From positions 1 to 38,253 of the forward strand of contig CAZHRF010000031.1 of assembly GCA_964534625.1 (NCBI GenBank): a stretch of DNA of 38,253 nt, given 5' to 3'. Position 1 is the stretch's first letter; each line of letters begins with the position of its first letter. Shown here one piece after another: positions 36,773 through 38,253 of the stretch. The notes beneath the pieces are model-generated. The model ran no database searches and was not told where the DNA came from. It was given only the letters and a program-made list of their open reading frames with translations. Made by a program: the position numbers and the translations under genes. Source of the stretch: an uncultured archaeon (GTDB lineage Archaea; Asgardarchaeota; Heimdallarchaeia; Heimdallarchaeales; Heimdallarchaeaceae).

Positions 36773-37450
36773 ATGACAATAATTTCTCTGGATTGCACTT
36801 GTGGACAAAAAATTGAATATGAGATAGATGAAAAAACACTAGAAGCAGAGTTCCAAAAAATGGGTGTAATACCTATATTGATTTCACATGAAGATCATTT
36901 TATTACTGCGTATGTGGATCAACAATTAGTTATACGTAGTGTTGAAAGGGTACTCCTTGTAAAAGATGATGAATCATCAGTAATTGTACGCTCATCATTA
37001 ACAGAGGGCGACATTCCCCAATTAGTCGAAAAATTCAGAAAAAAAAGAGATCCAATGAAAGATTTTTACTCCTTCCTATCTTTACTTTTAGGAGCGGTAA
37101 AAGCCCCTGAAAATTTATTCATTGCAGGTAGAGAAATTGGTAAATACATTTGGAAGAAAAGGAGAGAACCAATACTAAAAATGGGCGCTGTATTTCAGAT
37201 CGAACCAAATTTATTACTCAAAAATGAACTTACACCTATATTTGAAAAAATGGGCAAGGTAGAAAAGACTCGTTCTGATAGTAACACTTTAGTTATAAAA
37301 GAAGCGATATCTCCTCAATTTATTGTGGGTACAGCTCAAGGGGTTTTAGATGCTATTCAACAACATATGAACAAAAAAGTAAACATTGTCCTTGAATATG
37401 TGATGTCAGGACAAACAGTATTTTTAACTTTGCAAGAAGCAGAACTATAA
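36773..37450 (+). CDS. Zn-binding (CxC...HxxH) N-terminal domain + V4R/Bet3(TRAPP)-like C-terminal domain
   Basis: CTCG...ISHEDHFITAYVD...IR; C-terminal LFIAGREIGKYI...FEKMGKVE...FIVGTAQGVLDAI. Confidence 0.55.
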   Translation: MTIISLDCTCGQKIEYEIDEKTLEAEFQKMGVIPILISHEDHFITAYVDQQLVIRSVERVLLVKDDESSVIVRSSLTEGDIPQLVEKFRKKRDPMKDFYSFLSLLLGAVKAPENLFIAGREIGKYIWKKRREPILKMGAVFQIEPNLLLKNELTPIFEKMGKVEKTRSDSNTLVIKEAISPQFIVGTAQGVLDAIQQHMNKKVNIVLEYVMSGQTVFLTLQEAEL

Positions 37451-37978
37451 GGTGACAAATCCGTCATAACATTGTTTTACTCGGTCAAGAATTAGATCAA
37501 CAAGTTTGTCCATATTTATTCCCTCCTTTGCAGATACTTTAATGGAAGCAAAATTATGCTTTGATACAAAATCATTTATAATGGCATCATTAATGCTTTG
37601 ACCTAGATCTAACTTATTGCCTACTAATATTTTCACCCCTTCATTCAATAGTGCTTCCTTAGACACCATGGGTAACCACTCTTTTTCAATTCTGTGGAAA
37701 GAGGGGTATCGATTTAAATCATAAACAAGTAAAACAATGTTTGCACAGTGAAGAAAGTCCTCTTGGAAAAAGCGAAATTGCTGTTGACCACCAAGATCCC
37801 AAAAAACAACATCAGCTTCCACATTATTTTTAAGGCTAACAGAAAAATTTTCTATCTCCAACCCAGGAGTCATTTTTACCATTTTGTCCTTTCCAACAAT
37901 AGAGTAAACAAGTGTTGTCTTTCCAACGCCTCCATCACCCGCTACTACTATTTTACAAACCAAAGAATGTGGATTCAT
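37445..37978 (-). CDS. Ras-superfamily (Rab-like) small GTPase
   Basis: G1 GDGGVGKT, G2 MTPG, G3 WDLGGQ, G4 NKLD, G5 SAK. No C-terminal prenylation motif. Confidence 0.95.
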   Translation of the reverse strand: MNPHSLVCKIVVAGDGGVGKTTLVYSIVGKDKMVKMTPGLEIENFSVSLKNNVEADVVFWDLGGQQQFRFFQEDFLHCANIVLLVYDLNRYPSFHRIEKEWLPMVSKEALLNEGVKILVGNKLDLGQSINDAIINDFVSKHNFASIKVSAKEGINMDKLVDLILDRVKQCYDGFVTL

Positions 37979-38180
37979 GAATATCTAATCATTTTTAAAG
38001 AATTCATTCTTATATATTTCCCTTTTCTGCAATACTCATATTAACAATGAAAGATGGGTGTATTAAACCTCCAGAATAAAACAATAAACAGAGTATCTCT
38101 GAAACTTTTAACTCTATTTCATGTACTTACTCTTATAGTCACTTTAGAAAGAGAAATGAGTAGGTAATTATAATCATTTC

Positions 38181-38253
38181 ACCATGAGTTTTTTTGGCCA
38201 CTTTTGGGTACAAAATGTTGTGTTTATATAGGACCATTTTGTAAGAAAGAGTA
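38181..38253 (+). repeat. 73-bp dispersed repeat, copy 2 (runs off the window end)
   Basis: 71/73 identical to 7966-8038. Confidence 0.95.

Noticed and set aside
547-38044. Other short track ORFs nested in or antisense to long genes (e.g. 547, 4819, 4824, 5295, 5375, 5913, 6255, 7173, 8144, 8972, 9574, 11099, 11797, 12704, 20708, 20864, 22229, 23179, 23772, 24171, 28117, 29287, 30543, 31981, 33552, 35582, 37748)
   Set aside because: They overlap well-supported genes and have no recognisable motifs.
1-38253. CRISPR array, tRNA or rRNA genes
   Set aside because: No regularly spaced direct repeats, cloverleaf/T-loop motifs or GC-rich structural RNA segments were seen.

Overview
AT-rich (roughly 30% GC by eye) archaeal chromosomal DNA. 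It has TTTATA-type TATA boxes, GGAGGT/AGGTGA Shine-Dalgarno sites and oligo-T terminators. It is most likely from an Asgard archaeon, inferred from the density of eukaryotic-signature-like domains: a Ras/Rab-like small GTPase, roadblock-like and longin-like domains, a V4R/Bet3-like protein, a GOLD-like protein and a mu-homology-domain-like protein. Housekeeping or accessory enzymes include an S9 peptidase, a class III aminotransferase-SCP2 fusion, a SagB-type nitroreductase, endonuclease IV, an APH-type kinase, an LLM oxidoreductase, DUF1015, DUF2225, PanE, an MBL hydrolase, an APC permease and three cold-shock proteins. The most striking feature is an ~8 kb tandem array (13226-21387, minus strand). 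Three paralogous ArsB/NhaD/P-protein(OCA2)-like transporters with rewired signature motifs alternate with two translationally coupled proteins made of a roadblock-like head and five ~85-aa helical repeats. This is a candidate membrane sensor/scaffold system. Also present are two 7-TM proteins fused to longin/uDENN-like domains, three IS200/IS605 (tnpB/omega-RNA) relics of decreasing size, two 108-bp inverted-repeat elements flanking a single gene, a 73-bp repeat at the window end, and conserved long csp leaders. No tRNA, rRNA or CRISPR array was recognised. All family assignments come from motif recognition by eye, not from database searches.
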